Below are positions 36,901 to 46,738 of a stretch of 64,000 nucleotides of DNA, piece after piece. Position 1 is the first letter of the stretch; each line of letters opens with the position of its first letter. The stretch is from a virus. The notes beneath the pieces are model-generated. The model was not told the origin of the DNA and did not search any database. It saw only the letters and a list, made by a program, of their open reading frames with translations. The translations under genes were made by a program, and so were the position numbers. The stretch covers positions 32,001-96,000 of the IMG/VR virus record IMGVR_UViG_3300021478_000016; one strand, 5' to 3'.

Positions 36901-39900
36901 GCACATCGAGGTCTGGAAGGCCATTCAAGAGGGCACGCCTCTGCCTCCTCCGAAGACGACCTTCGCCTTCAAGAAGTTCACCGACATGCTCAAGGGGGCG
37001 GGCATCAACGTCGAGAAGCAGGGGCACCAGTTCGTGCTTGGTCCGCTCACAGACAAGCAGATCATCGACATGTCGAGTGGGGAACTCACTCAGGCGGATA
37101 AGTCGCCTGTGCGTGCCAAGACGGACAAGTCCGGCGAGTTCATCGTGATGCCTGGTGGTCTCTTCGACGAGAGGATCACCGGTGGTCATGGTGGAACGAA
37201 GTGGGCGCATCTGCGTCTGGCCGAGCCAGTGCCGAACCCGGTCTTCGAAAGTGCCATCAAGAAGCTGACGGGTCTGAAGGAGCAGCAGTTCGACTCCATC
37301 ATGACGGGAGACGTCGGAGTCGACCCAGGTACCGGCAAGATCGTGTCTTCGAAGTTGGGGGTCACAGGCGGCGCAGGCATCAAGGCGTTGCTCGACCGCA
37401 TCGACGTGAAGCGTGACCTCGAGGCTGCGAAGAAAGAGCTCACGAAGACCCCTCTTTCGAAGGCGGACAAGGTCCTCAAGAGAGTGAAGTACCTCACTTC
37501 GCTCCAGCGTCTCGACCTGAAGCCGAGCGACGCGTACATCCTGCACAACATTCCGATCGTGCCTCCAGTCATCCGTCCGCTCACGATGATGGCGGATGGG
37601 GGTCTGAAGTACGAAGACATCAACGGGCTCTACAAGCAGTTCGAGACGATCAACAACCGCCTCAAGGACCCGGTCCTGTCCACCAACCTGACGGACCGCA
37701 AGAAGAAGGAGCTGCGCGATGCCTACTACGATGGCGTGAAGGCCATCATGGGTGTCGGGACGGTGAACAAGGACAAGAAGGAGAAGGGCCTGCTCGATCA
37801 GATTGCCGGCATCTCTCCCAAGGAAGGCTACTTCCAGAGCGTCCTGACCAACCGTCGTCAAGACCTCACGATGCGGTCGACGATCGTGCCCGAGCCCTCT
37901 CTCGGTCTCGACGAAGTCGGTCTGCCTCGTGATGCTGCGCTCACCCTCTTCCGCCCGTTCGTCATCCGCCAGCTCGTTCTTCAGGGTACGGCTCCTACGG
38001 CCATACAGGCCACCGCCGTCTTGTCGAAGGTGCACAAGGGGCAGGACGATCCCATGGTCTGGCGTGCGCTCGAGCACGTGATGAACGAACGCCCCGTGCT
38101 GCTGAAGAGGGACCCGTCTCTGCACAAGTACTCGGTGCAAGCGTTCAAGCCCCGTGTCGTAATGGGCAACGCCATCCAGATCCACCCGCTCGTGACCGGG
38201 GGATTCAACGCCGACTTCGACGGAGACACGATGGCCGTGTACGTGCCCATCAGCCATGAGGCCGTGCGCGAAGCCCAGAAGATGTTCCCCTCGAACAACG
38301 TCTTCAACGAGGCCTCAGGCCACGTGATGTACCAGCCCACCCTCGAGAGCGCCCTCGGCCTCTACAAGCTCTCGATGGTGGGCAAGAAGACCAACGCCTC
38401 CTTCGCGACCGACCAAGAAGCCGTGGAAGCCCTGCATCAGGGCAAGGTCCATCACACCGACATCGTGAGCGTGGGAGGCAAGACCACTACGCCAGGACGT
38501 GTGCTGCTGGCCTCCGTCCTGCCTGATGACTTGCACAAGCAGGTCCTGCACGATCTGGACTTCCGAGTCGACAAGAACGGCCTCAAGTCCATTCTCACCC
38601 AGGTCGGCAAGAAGAACGCCGGTGCGTTTGGACGCATCGCTGACGACATCAAGAACCTCGGCTACGACGCCTCGTTCGGCGTCGTGAAGACGTCTCTCGC
38701 CAAGGGGGGCAACGTCGCCATCGGAACACACTCCCTCTCCCTCGATGACTTCACCACCGATCGCGGGACTCGTGATGGGCTGCTTCGAACAGCACGCGAG
38801 AAGGTGAATGGCATCACCGCAAACCCTCGCCTGAGTCAGTCGGAGAAAGACCGCCAGTCGGTCAACGTCTGGGTCGATGCCTCCGACGAGATGATGAAGG
38901 AGCACCGTCGGAAGGCGGAGGATTCCCCGTCGAACCTCTACCTGATGGCTCGCGCTGGCGTGAAGCCGGACTGGAACCAGTACAAGCAGATGGTGCTGGC
39001 CCCCATGATCTACAAGGACTCGTTCGACCGGGACATCCCGACAGCCGTCACCAAGAGCTACTCCGAAGGGCTCGATCTTGGTGGATACTGGACGCAACTC
39101 TACGGCGCACGTCGAGGCGCCGTCATGAAGGTCCAAGAGGTTCAAGAGCCTGGCGCCCTCTCGAAGCTGCTCTTGAACACAACGATGAACATGCTCGTGG
39201 AGAAGCCCGACTGCGGAACCAAGAAGGGCGTGGCCCTGCTGGCTAGCGACCCGGATGTGCATGACAGACATCTGGCGCAGGCGTTCCACATCGGGCATCT
39301 GCATGTTCCTGAAGGCACGCTGCTGACGCCCGACATCGTCGGGCAGATCCGCTCGGCCGACAAGAACGCCAAGCTCCTGGTTCGCAGCCCACTCAAGTGT
39401 GAGGCGGAACACGGCCTCTGTCAGAAGTGCATCGGCCCATCTGTCGAAGGTCAGAACTACGAGCTCGGGACGAACATCGGCGTCATCTCCGCGCAGGCCG
39501 TCGGAGAGCGTGCGATGCAGCTCATGCTCAAGGGGTTCCACACCGGCGGTGTCCGTGAGGCTGGTGGCGGGTCGAAGATCGTGAACCAGTTCGACCGGTT
39601 CAAGCAGCTCACGACACTACCTACCAAGATCCCCAATGCAGCGACGGTGGCGATGACCAGTGGACGCATCGAGCGCATCGTGCCAACAGAGACCGGAGTG
39701 GACATCTGGATCAACGGCACCCGTCACTTCGTGGGAAGGGACCCGGCAGGTAACGCACTCCACATGCCGCTAACCGGTGCGAACCGAGATGCCCGTTCCA
39801 TCCCCTTCTCGGCCTCAAAGATCGGAGACCACGTCGAAGCGGGTACGATGCTCAGCGACCCGAATCGCACGTCCGTCAACCCTCATGACCTGTACCGTGC

Positions 39901-40363
39901 GACGGGCAGCATCGACGAGGTCCAGAATCAGATCACCGGAGAGATGGACCGCATCTACAACTCCAGCGGACCGACGGTGCGCAGGCGCATGCTCGAGACC
40001 CTCGTGAAGGCGATGAGCAACCTCACCAAGGTCGAAGACCCTGGAGACCACCAGTACATCATGCGCGGCGAGTTCCACCCGACGTCGGTGGTCAAGAAGC
40101 TCAACGAAACGGAGCTGAAGGGCAAGATGCCCATCCTCCACCGTCCGGTACTTCAAGGCGTGGACGTTCTTCCGCTATCCTTGCAAGAAGACTGGATGGC
40201 GAAGATGCAGCACGCCAAGCTCAAGGACACGCTCTACGAGGCCGCAGCGCAGGGTCTCGTCTCCAAGATCCACGGACCACACCCCGTTCCCGGTGTCGCG
40301 TACGGCGCCGAGTTCGGGCTCCCTCCGCGAGAGGGCAAGAACGTCCAGCCCTTCCACTACTGA
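33968..40363 (+). CDS. rpoBC: Single-chain fused beta-beta' DNA-directed RNA polymerase
   Basis: beta motifs TPES..G, GYNFEDG, GDKLSGRHGNKG, LNPSGVPGRMNVGQ, YMLKL; beta' motifs GLFDERI, PPVIRP, RDPSLH, NADFDGD, RSPLKC..CQKC, AQAVGE..QLMLKGFHTGG. Confidence 0.97.
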   Translation: MAYLDPTDAYHHLRDRTLEGLHYLFESPIKGKARSLSLTKLEVEDPLRVDDIRGQQRAKMNGETWGAQVFGTLEMKDNLTGAVVDTKRIRLTDIPKTTRRYSYIVSGQEYQVDNQWQLKPGVYVRRKANGDLEARFNVTGRVGQLNAIFDPASKLFKVEYRKSKGSPLYPFLKAMGVGDDELEKTWGKEIFEANKNAPRSAGAVESFYKTNTGQVAPSHQAAVQHLHEIFLDAKMRPEVNEVTLGKPVEHISGEALHLATKKLLDVQRGAPEDDRDNLVFKDLRSAGDFAYERLRGSKRTIIQKLQRQLNSTKTMGVRDAVRFDYFNEPVKQLFTKTSIANPATQINPLQMVSTAMQTTIMGPGGIKSERSITEEAKMINPSHLGFLDPINTPESDKTGVTLRLPMGMKKKGTEATIAAYNLKTGKFDDLSPSLFLKSNVVLPDQVDWKSGKPVPISAKVKMVAEHNRIEERGFGEADYVLRHPSQLFNVTSNLIPFLPNDSGGRAGMASRHMEQAISLVHRQAPLVQVAAPTVPGSGIDSFEQLLGHQTSHRAPAAGTVTKIKKDAIIIDGSDGQEHEVQIYHNYPLNDVKSVMHSSPLVRVGDKVHRGQVIADTNYSKDGTLALGTNLRVAYVPFKGYNFEDGIVISDEAARKLSSVHLHKPLLKIEANTILDPRKFSVLHPGVFKSDQYDKLDENGVVRIGQKVKPGDPLVVAMRPFELKDRSGLTAMRKALKAHHSDNSVRWDSDFEGEVVAVHKTPEKVTVHVKTVEPMQVGDKLSGRHGNKGIVTKILSNDEMPRSKTGGPIDVLLNPSGVPGRMNVGQVLETAAAKIAQKTGRTYLVDNFDPKITDALTRVKDELKKHGISDTEELIDPVSHQPLGPALVGPQYMLKLVHQVEKKLSVRSGMSLPGLPDAEPYDTNLQPGGGGHAGGQSLSHLALYAMLAHGAKANVREMSTWKAEGRDPEQNEAKRWPSQHIEVWKAIQEGTPLPPPKTTFAFKKFTDMLKGAGINVEKQGHQFVLGPLTDKQIIDMSSGELTQADKSPVRAKTDKSGEFIVMPGGLFDERITGGHGGTKWAHLRLAEPVPNPVFESAIKKLTGLKEQQFDSIMTGDVGVDPGTGKIVSSKLGVTGGAGIKALLDRIDVKRDLEAAKKELTKTPLSKADKVLKRVKYLTSLQRLDLKPSDAYILHNIPIVPPVIRPLTMMADGGLKYEDINGLYKQFETINNRLKDPVLSTNLTDRKKKELRDAYYDGVKAIMGVGTVNKDKKEKGLLDQIAGISPKEGYFQSVLTNRRQDLTMRSTIVPEPSLGLDEVGLPRDAALTLFRPFVIRQLVLQGTAPTAIQATAVLSKVHKGQDDPMVWRALEHVMNERPVLLKRDPSLHKYSVQAFKPRVVMGNAIQIHPLVTGGFNADFDGDTMAVYVPISHEAVREAQKMFPSNNVFNEASGHVMYQPTLESALGLYKLSMVGKKTNASFATDQEAVEALHQGKVHHTDIVSVGGKTTTPGRVLLASVLPDDLHKQVLHDLDFRVDKNGLKSILTQVGKKNAGAFGRIADDIKNLGYDASFGVVKTSLAKGGNVAIGTHSLSLDDFTTDRGTRDGLLRTAREKVNGITANPRLSQSEKDRQSVNVWVDASDEMMKEHRRKAEDSPSNLYLMARAGVKPDWNQYKQMVLAPMIYKDSFDRDIPTAVTKSYSEGLDLGGYWTQLYGARRGAVMKVQEVQEPGALSKLLLNTTMNMLVEKPDCGTKKGVALLASDPDVHDRHLAQAFHIGHLHVPEGTLLTPDIVGQIRSADKNAKLLVRSPLKCEAEHGLCQKCIGPSVEGQNYELGTNIGVISAQAVGERAMQLMLKGFHTGGVREAGGGSKIVNQFDRFKQLTTLPTKIPNAATVAMTSGRIERIVPTETGVDIWINGTRHFVGRDPAGNALHMPLTGANRDARSIPFSASKIGDHVEAGTMLSDPNRTSVNPHDLYRATGSIDEVQNQITGEMDRIYNSSGPTVRRRMLETLVKAMSNLTKVEDPGDHQYIMRGEFHPTSVVKKLNETELKGKMPILHRPVLQGVDVLPLSLQEDWMAKMQHAKLKDTLYEAAAQGLVSKIHGPHPVPGVAYGAEFGLPPREGKNVQPFHY

Positions 40364-40372
40364 GGCAAAGCG

Positions 40373-41752
40373 ATGAGACCCAAGGTCCGTCTCAACGCTC
40401 GCCGGTTCCGCAACAGCCTGATGACGCAGGCGTTCCAGCAGCCTGCTGTGATCATGCAAGCGCGCGTGCTCAACGTCAACATGGTCAACTGGACCGTGGA
40501 CGTCATCAGCCAGTTCGATCGCCACTACTTCAGCGACATCCAGGTCATCTCACCCTACCTGCACTACGACAACGGCGAAGGCATCTACGTGATGCCGGAG
40601 GTCGGAGCCGTTTGCATGGTCTGCATCCCCAGTGATACGACGCCGCCCTTCGTCGCTGGCTTCGTCGCTCCGATGGAACAGCGTGGCGGTCAGCAGCTTC
40701 AGAACCCCACGGACCCCAACAGCGCCATCAACACCACCGTCTTTGGTACGCAGGCCATCGACCCGAATCAGACGACTGGAGCTGATGCTCCTGCTGGTAC
40801 ACGCTCTCGAGGCAGCAACACGACCCAGTTCCCGGACGTGGATGCTGCCTTCTCGGCTGGGCGTCCTGCCGTGAACCCAGGGGACATCATGTTGCGGACG
40901 CGCGACGACAACTTCATCACGCTCCATCGTGGTGGTGTGCTGAGCCTCGGCGCCACCGAGCTCGCGCAACGCATATACATTCCGCTGGGCGACAAGATCT
41001 TGGACATCTCCGGCGAGTACGAGCACCAGAACATCGGCGGCTCTGTGCACTGGGGACTCCAGCAAGGTCCGAAGACGGACAACCCTGCGGTGCAGAACAT
41101 GGAGTGCTACCGCGTCTTCGCCAACGATCAATACGCGGACATCCGAGTGGCGAAGGGCAAGGTTCTCAACCCCATCGGTGAACCAGATCAGAACGGGGAC
41201 GAAGACGACATCGCGAACTACAACCTCGGTACCGACAAGGACAAGGGCTACATCTGCTACGAGGTTGCTGTGGCTGCGACCCAGACGTCTGGGAACGGTG
41301 GCTTCCAGGCAATGTCGGGAGATCCCTCTGATGCCAACGTCCGTAACCAGACCGTGTTGCGCTTCTTCTTCGACATCGCCGGCGGAGTCTTCCTGCGGGC
41401 AGAAGGCAACGCCGTCTTCTCCTTCCACAAGAAGCTGAAGATCAAGGTCGAAGATGACTTCACCATCGAGTGCAAGACGCTCAGCATCATCGCGAGCGCT
41501 GGGGCTACGATTGGTGGAACGGACCTCACGGAGATCTCCGGGAACCTGGTGAAGTTCGCTGCCGGTGAGGGGCTACCTGCTGCTCGTCAAGGAGATGCCA
41601 TCCAGGTGAGCATGTCGGGGGTGACGCTCACAGGGGTCATTGCCTGCGCCGGCATCGGGCCATCGCCACAGCCCTGCACCATCACGATTGCCACAGCAGC
41701 CCCGCAGCCTGGTGGAATTGTGATGACAGGGAACCCGAATGTGCAGTTGTAG
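40373..41752 (+). CDS. Baseplate hub/spike protein (gp5/GpV-like)
   Basis: N-terminal OB-fold-like GIYVMPEVGAVC, PGDIMLRTRD, beta-repeat C-terminus with ARQGD apex motif. Confidence 0.6.
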   Translation: MRPKVRLNARRFRNSLMTQAFQQPAVIMQARVLNVNMVNWTVDVISQFDRHYFSDIQVISPYLHYDNGEGIYVMPEVGAVCMVCIPSDTTPPFVAGFVAPMEQRGGQQLQNPTDPNSAINTTVFGTQAIDPNQTTGADAPAGTRSRGSNTTQFPDVDAAFSAGRPAVNPGDIMLRTRDDNFITLHRGGVLSLGATELAQRIYIPLGDKILDISGEYEHQNIGGSVHWGLQQGPKTDNPAVQNMECYRVFANDQYADIRVAKGKVLNPIGEPDQNGDEDDIANYNLGTDKDKGYICYEVAVAATQTSGNGGFQAMSGDPSDANVRNQTVLRFFFDIAGGVFLRAEGNAVFSFHKKLKIKVEDDFTIECKTLSIIASAGATIGGTDLTEISGNLVKFAAGEGLPAARQGDAIQVSMSGVTLTGVIACAGIGPSPQPCTITIATAAPQPGGIVMTGNPNVQL

Positions 41753-41775
41753 GTTGCCTGTGGTAGCCATACCCT

Positions 41776-42318
41776 ATGCCCTACAAGGACCTGCGTAAGA
41801 GGCGAGAAGCTGGAAGGGAAGCCTCTGAGAGGTGGAGGAAGAAGAACCCTCACTACATTCGATCTTGGCAAAAGAAAAACCCTGACAAGGTGCGCGCTGC
41901 CTCTGGTCGGTACCGAAAGAGGCATCCCAATGCTTGGAAAAGAGATCACAGGAAGTTGATGCGAGACCCGATCCGGCTCGCAAGTAAAAGAAAACGGGCG
42001 AGAGAGCGCCAAGCACTGAGACGCTTACAGCAAAAGCTCAAGATCTTCGAGATCAATCTAAAGAGCAAGTATGGTCTTACTCTGGATCAGTACAACGCCC
42101 TCAAGAAGAAGCAGAGAGGCCGGTGTGCCATCTGCCGCAAGAAGGAGACAGCCAAGCCTTCGAAGGGTAGAAAGAAGGCACGAGGGCTATCTGTTGACCA
42201 CTGCCACAAGAGGAAGAGGGTTCGCGGTCTGCTGTGTTCTAGGTGTAATGCGGGGCTCGGTCAGTTCCTGCATAGCATCCGACTTTTGCGTCTAGCGATC
42301 TGCTACATGAGCCGCTGA
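41776..42318 (+). CDS. Endonuclease VII-type HNH (homing) endonuclease
   Basis: KYGLTLDQY..Q.GRCAIC, VDHCH..VRGLLCSRCNAGLG; A-rich atypical codons. Confidence 0.9.
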   Translation: MPYKDLRKRREAGREASERWRKKNPHYIRSWQKKNPDKVRAASGRYRKRHPNAWKRDHRKLMRDPIRLASKRKRARERQALRRLQQKLKIFEINLKSKYGLTLDQYNALKKKQRGRCAICRKKETAKPSKGRKKARGLSVDHCHKRKRVRGLLCSRCNAGLGQFLHSIRLLRLAICYMSR

Positions 42319-42319
42319 C

Positions 42320-42922
42320 ATGTCCGACTTCCAGCTCATCGCTTCCGGCAACCTGGGCACGCTCAACATCGGGGCTGCTCTTGCTGCCTCTGCCATCATC
42401 CCGCTGCTCGCGCAGATCGACCTGAACATCGCCTTCATCGGCGGTCTGAAGACGGAGTTCTCGGCGCAGTTCAACGCTGCCGTGAACTTTCAGATCAGCT
42501 TCTCGAATCCTCTGCTCACGCTCTCGGTGGGCATCCAGGCAGCTCTTCAGGTCATCGCGCAACTTCAAGCGGCGCTTGCCATTGGCATACCGCCACTCAC
42601 CGTCACCATCTCCGCTTCCATCGCCATCGCAGCAGCCGCCGCGATAAAGATCGGCCTCCTCAACGTGGCCATCGATGTTGCCCTGGGTGTGGTGGGTGTG
42701 GGCGCCAGCTTCCTCGCCAGTCTTCAGGCCTCGCTGAGCGCCGGACCCGTCACGATCTACGGCTGGAGCGGCATCCCCATGAGCACTCTTCAGGGGGAGA
42801 TTGCCGGGCATAACTTCCTGGCGGATGGCTTCTCTCCCGCTTCGTCGGTGTACGGTGTTATGTTGATGACGGCCTCACCTTCGGCATTCGCTGGCATGCA
42901 GTTTCTCTTTCTGACGATCTGA
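42320..42922 (+). CDS. Hydrophobic helical putative baseplate-associated protein
   Basis: Ala/Ile/Leu-rich 200-aa ORF near the spike gene. Confidence 0.5.
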   Translation: MSDFQLIASGNLGTLNIGAALAASAIIPLLAQIDLNIAFIGGLKTEFSAQFNAAVNFQISFSNPLLTLSVGIQAALQVIAQLQAALAIGIPPLTVTISASIAIAAAAAIKIGLLNVAIDVALGVVGVGASFLASLQASLSAGPVTIYGWSGIPMSTLQGEIAGHNFLADGFSPASSVYGVMLMTASPSAFAGMQFLFLTI

Positions 42923-42935
42923 CTGGAGAACAAAG

Positions 42936-45029
42936 ATGGAGCCTCTGTTCCACGAGTCGACGCTGATGCTCGAGAAGACCTCCGCCGAGGTCAACCTGCC
43001 GGACGACCCGAACCAGTGGCCGACGGAGATCTTGCAGGAACTCTACAAGCAAGTGCCGTATGTCGCCGACTTCGAACCGGACATCATCATGGATCGGGTC
43101 GATGCCGAAAAGCGGTACGGCTTCGGGCACATCGAGGTGGCGAACAAGAGCGAGATCCAGGACCAGCCCTCGAGCCCTGCGGCTCAGGCAGCCGGCATCC
43201 GGCACGTTCGCATCCCCATCATCGTCCGGGAGGGCAAGCTTCTGCCCTTCGACGTCATCGTGACCGACACGCAGAAGATGCTGCCGCTCACCGAGCGTCG
43301 TCTCCGCCAGGCGCTCTTCCGCCCGCAGCTCTTCGACGTCACCAGCCGTACGCCGGGTGACCAGTCCATGATCTCCCAGCTCTACCCGCCGTACCGCCAG
43401 AACTACGGCTTCGGCGGTGGTGGGTCGGTCATGACGGCGGGCATGGGCAAGGAGGGCCAGGAGATGCGCGCCCTCAACCGCGGTGCCTTGCCTCCGCCGA
43501 ACCAGAAGGCGGACAAGCAGGACCACACGCCGGGGGAGATTGCTCCGGTGGAGAAGACCGGCTCCCTGCTCGAGGCGGTGCTGTCCACCATCAACCCGTC
43601 CGACTACCGCGCCTTCGCTGCGGAGGTGAACGAGCCGGAGGTGAAGGTCGCTCTGCACCAGAACGGGAGAGCTCTTCAGCCTTCGCTCGAGAAGCTCTCG
43701 AAGTACGAAGCGCCGAACCTCAAGGGACGCACGGCGAAGCTGGCTGCCGCAGTGAGGCCGACGGTCGTGCAGGCCACGCACGTGCCGGGCATCGGTTACT
43801 TCGTCAAGAGCGCGAGCTACCGCTTCTGGCGGCCCACGGTCGAGAAGCTCGATCGTGGGGAGATGCTCCGCAAGTTCGGGGCCGAGAACACGCTCGAGGT
43901 CGACCAGCATGGTTCGGTCACCGCCGGCGAGGCGGAAGTCGAGGCCGACCTTCCGGAGAAGGACGACCCGGAGATCATCTCCGAGTACGGCATCTACAAG
44001 GTGCAGGACACCAACGGCCGACAGCTCATCGGCTTCGTCTTCCCGAACCTGCTCGACCTCGACGGCTCGCCGCTGCCGCTGGCTCTCTTCACGAACGGCT
44101 CGCAGACGGCGATGCAGGGGGAGATCGTGGGTGTGCGTGTCTCCGAAGGCGCAGCCCTCATCGAGGGTCCGCCCAAGGGTCACGGCATCTTCTACACGGT
44201 CTTGCCGAACGGCAAGGCTGTGGCCACGGTGCCCTTCGACATCCAGGCGGGTCTGAGTCAGGGCGGCGAGTCTTCGATGATGGCGACCTCGCCCACGCAT
44301 GGAGGGCAGGAGGTCCGGATTGCTCTCCAGCCGAACCTCAAGACGGTGACGCAGAACGGGGATGCCATGTTGGTGCCGGACGACTGGCACTGGATGCCGC
44401 TCGACGAGAGCGACAGCGTGGCGCTCGTGGACAAGGCGGACATGGTCGAGAAGGAGGCCGGCGTTCATCCGTACCGCTGGGTGGAGCTGCGCGCCGGCGG
44501 GGCGAATAGCTTCTCGGTCTCCGGTCTTCCTGTGGAGAAGCTGGCCGAGGCCGACCGTTCGTTCCTCTCGATCAACGACACGCTCTTCCTCCTCACGGGT
44601 CTCGGCATCTCGCCGAAGTACGGCATCCAGAAGATGGGGGAGGCCATCAACTGGAACGAGCCCGTGCGCATCCGCACGAGCCGCGACATCAACTCGTCGG
44701 AGTCGGTGATGGCGGAGATCGGCGAGAAGATCGCCAACATGCCCGCCTTCCCGAACATCCGCCAGAGCCTCATCAAGGAGTCCGCGTTCATCCCCGACCC
44801 GTCGGCGGTGGACACGGTGCTCAGCCTCGGGTTCGTGAACCCCGAGAACGTGCTGACCTTCATCGGCTACATGCCGTCCATCGACGAGGCGCAGAGCAAG
44901 CTCTGTGAGCTGCTCATTGCTTCGAGGCTCGGCGTGCAGGACCTGAACGACGCTGCCCTCGAGCGCGCCATCCGGGGAGTGGAGACGGCTTTGGAAGGTC
45001 TTCGTACGCTGGCCTTCCAGTCGAACTGA
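42936..45029 (+). CDS. Putative virion structural protein
   Basis: GGAGA RBS; 697 aa with several EKxA/G motifs. Confidence 0.6.
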   Translation: MEPLFHESTLMLEKTSAEVNLPDDPNQWPTEILQELYKQVPYVADFEPDIIMDRVDAEKRYGFGHIEVANKSEIQDQPSSPAAQAAGIRHVRIPIIVREGKLLPFDVIVTDTQKMLPLTERRLRQALFRPQLFDVTSRTPGDQSMISQLYPPYRQNYGFGGGGSVMTAGMGKEGQEMRALNRGALPPPNQKADKQDHTPGEIAPVEKTGSLLEAVLSTINPSDYRAFAAEVNEPEVKVALHQNGRALQPSLEKLSKYEAPNLKGRTAKLAAAVRPTVVQATHVPGIGYFVKSASYRFWRPTVEKLDRGEMLRKFGAENTLEVDQHGSVTAGEAEVEADLPEKDDPEIISEYGIYKVQDTNGRQLIGFVFPNLLDLDGSPLPLALFTNGSQTAMQGEIVGVRVSEGAALIEGPPKGHGIFYTVLPNGKAVATVPFDIQAGLSQGGESSMMATSPTHGGQEVRIALQPNLKTVTQNGDAMLVPDDWHWMPLDESDSVALVDKADMVEKEAGVHPYRWVELRAGGANSFSVSGLPVEKLAEADRSFLSINDTLFLLTGLGISPKYGIQKMGEAINWNEPVRIRTSRDINSSESVMAEIGEKIANMPAFPNIRQSLIKESAFIPDPSAVDTVLSLGFVNPENVLTFIGYMPSIDEAQSKLCELLIASRLGVQDLNDAALERAIRGVETALEGLRTLAFQSN

Positions 45030-45031
45030 CG

Positions 45032-45988
45032 GTGATTCGAAGAGCCTTCTGCGAGTACTTCGTCAAGGCCCTGATTCTGGACCCCAGGGGCTGGGACGAC
45101 CTACAGATCCAGCGTTTCCTGGACGCTATGTCCCTGGACTACCCGGGACTCTGGTACATCTCCGGGCTGCGTGACAACCTCGCTCCGCCGGAGACCTTCC
45201 ATCCGAAGGACCGTAGGCACAAGCCATCTCGCAACTTCCTCATCAAGGAGCAGGTCCTCGACTTCTTCGAGAACGGGCCGGACATGCAGAAGGCGAGGGA
45301 GATCGCCGACCGGCCACGGGCCAGAGAGTTCGTCGAGTCGATGCTTCTCTCGGTGGCTCCTGCTCTGGCCATAGCTCGACGTCTCGCCGACATGTACCGC
45401 ATGCGGGGGATGAGCGTTCGAGGCGTGGAGCTCTACCGGCACTACTACTTCAACGTCGATCTCCTCGACTCGAGCGAAGCAAGAGCGCTTCTCCAGCTCA
45501 AGATCTCACGCCTTGCCAACAGCGATGATGAGGAAGAGCGACGGCACGCCGACGCCCTCAAGAGGGCGTACTACACAGACCCTCGTCGTACGGCTGCGTC
45601 TCTCCCCCACTCGCCGGTGAGCGCGCTCATCGCCCAGCTCCAGATGGGCCTCGTCCCGCAAAGCCTCGACCTGAAGAAGCTCACCGAGAGCAGTGAGATG
45701 CTCGCGCATCTTCGCCTCGCTGAGGCACTCGCTGCGGGAGGGATGAAGTTCGATCTCCAAGCCCTCAACCTGGCCACCGTCGCGAGCATCCTCCAGAAGC
45801 TCAAGGAGACCAAGCTCCGTCCGGAAGATGAGCTCAAGGAGCAGCTCGCAACTTTGTCCGTCAAGACCAACCCGAGCGCGCTACCCTTGGTCTCTGAGGT
45901 GACTGGCGGCCACCACACGGTTGACTTGGTGGCCCTCCCTACGTCAAAAGAACCTGATGAATCAGAACTACAACCGGGTAAGAAGTGA
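45032..45988 (+). CDS. Hypothetical protein (terminase small subunit candidate by position)
   Basis: Helical 318-aa ORF upstream of terL with an HTH-like segment; function unsupported beyond position. Confidence 0.45.
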   Translation: MIRRAFCEYFVKALILDPRGWDDLQIQRFLDAMSLDYPGLWYISGLRDNLAPPETFHPKDRRHKPSRNFLIKEQVLDFFENGPDMQKAREIADRPRAREFVESMLLSVAPALAIARRLADMYRMRGMSVRGVELYRHYYFNVDLLDSSEARALLQLKISRLANSDDEEERRHADALKRAYYTDPRRTAASLPHSPVSALIAQLQMGLVPQSLDLKKLTESSEMLAHLRLAEALAAGGMKFDLQALNLATVASILQKLKETKLRPEDELKEQLATLSVKTNPSALPLVSEVTGGHHTVDLVALPTSKEPDESELQPGKK

Positions 45989-46493
45989 CGATGGCGATCA
46001 TCTGGCGTCCTCGGACAAGTTCCTGAAGGACGCCATCGGTGGGACGAAGCCCCTCACCGACAAGACCAAGGCACTCGAATTCAAGACCCGTCGAGGCACC
46101 CTCTTCAACGTCGAGATGGGAGTCGACGGAGAGGACCTCATCTTCCACTTCTACATGCCGGTCACGAGCGACGCCGAGGCGTTCTTCCAGAAGCTTGGAG
46201 CGAAGACCGAGCGTGAACGCACACTGCTCGTGCGGAGCTACTGGGACGAGCTCTTCCCCGCCTCACTCGACGCCACAGCCCAGAGCTACTTCAAGGCCGA
46301 AGCACCTCGCCTCGAGGCTCAACACATCTCGGACCCGAACATGACCACCCAGTTCGACGGTCGGGAGTGCCAGCTCGATTCGTGGTGGCTGCGGGCGCGC
46401 AGCTTCGCCAACAACACGCTCGATCTCGACCTCTTCGTCGAGCGGTTCTACCTTGCCCTCGAGAGTTCCCTGCTCAGCAAGAAGCGTATGTAG
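45957..46493 (+). CDS. Hypothetical protein
   Basis: Genome-typical codon usage; start uncertain. Confidence 0.6.
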   Translation: MNQNYNRVRSDDGDHLASSDKFLKDAIGGTKPLTDKTKALEFKTRRGTLFNVEMGVDGEDLIFHFYMPVTSDAEAFFQKLGAKTERERTLLVRSYWDELFPASLDATAQSYFKAEAPRLEAQHISDPNMTTQFDGRECQLDSWWLRARSFANNTLDLDLFVERFYLALESSLLSKKRM

Positions 46494-46738
46494 CGGGTGG
46501 CGAAGACCACACCACCTACATGCCAACCGGCGACCTCCGCGTAGCTCATCACGTACTCGCGAACGGCCGCCTTCGACTCGGAGGTGAGCGCATCCCTCAA
46601 CTTCAGCGTGACCACGTAGCCCTTCGGATGAGGGTCCATGAGGCACTGGTCATCGAATTGATCTCCGGCTCTGTTGAGAGAGCTCCAGAGCCCGGAGACC
46701 AAAGCCTGAGGGTCGCTCGTCTTCTCTGGAGGGAACAT
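46448..46738 (-). CDS. Hypothetical protein
   Basis: 96-aa ORF filling the gap before terL. Confidence 0.45.
   Translation of the reverse strand: MFPPEKTSDPQALVSGLWSSLNRAGDQFDDQCLMDPHPKGYVVTLKLRDALTSESKAAVREYVMSYAEVAGWHVGGVVFATRYIRFLLSRELSRAR

Noticed and set aside
33968-40363. Host chromosomal rpoB-rpoC locus
   Set aside because: No rplL/rpsL neighbours, reduced domain set, flanked by phage genes
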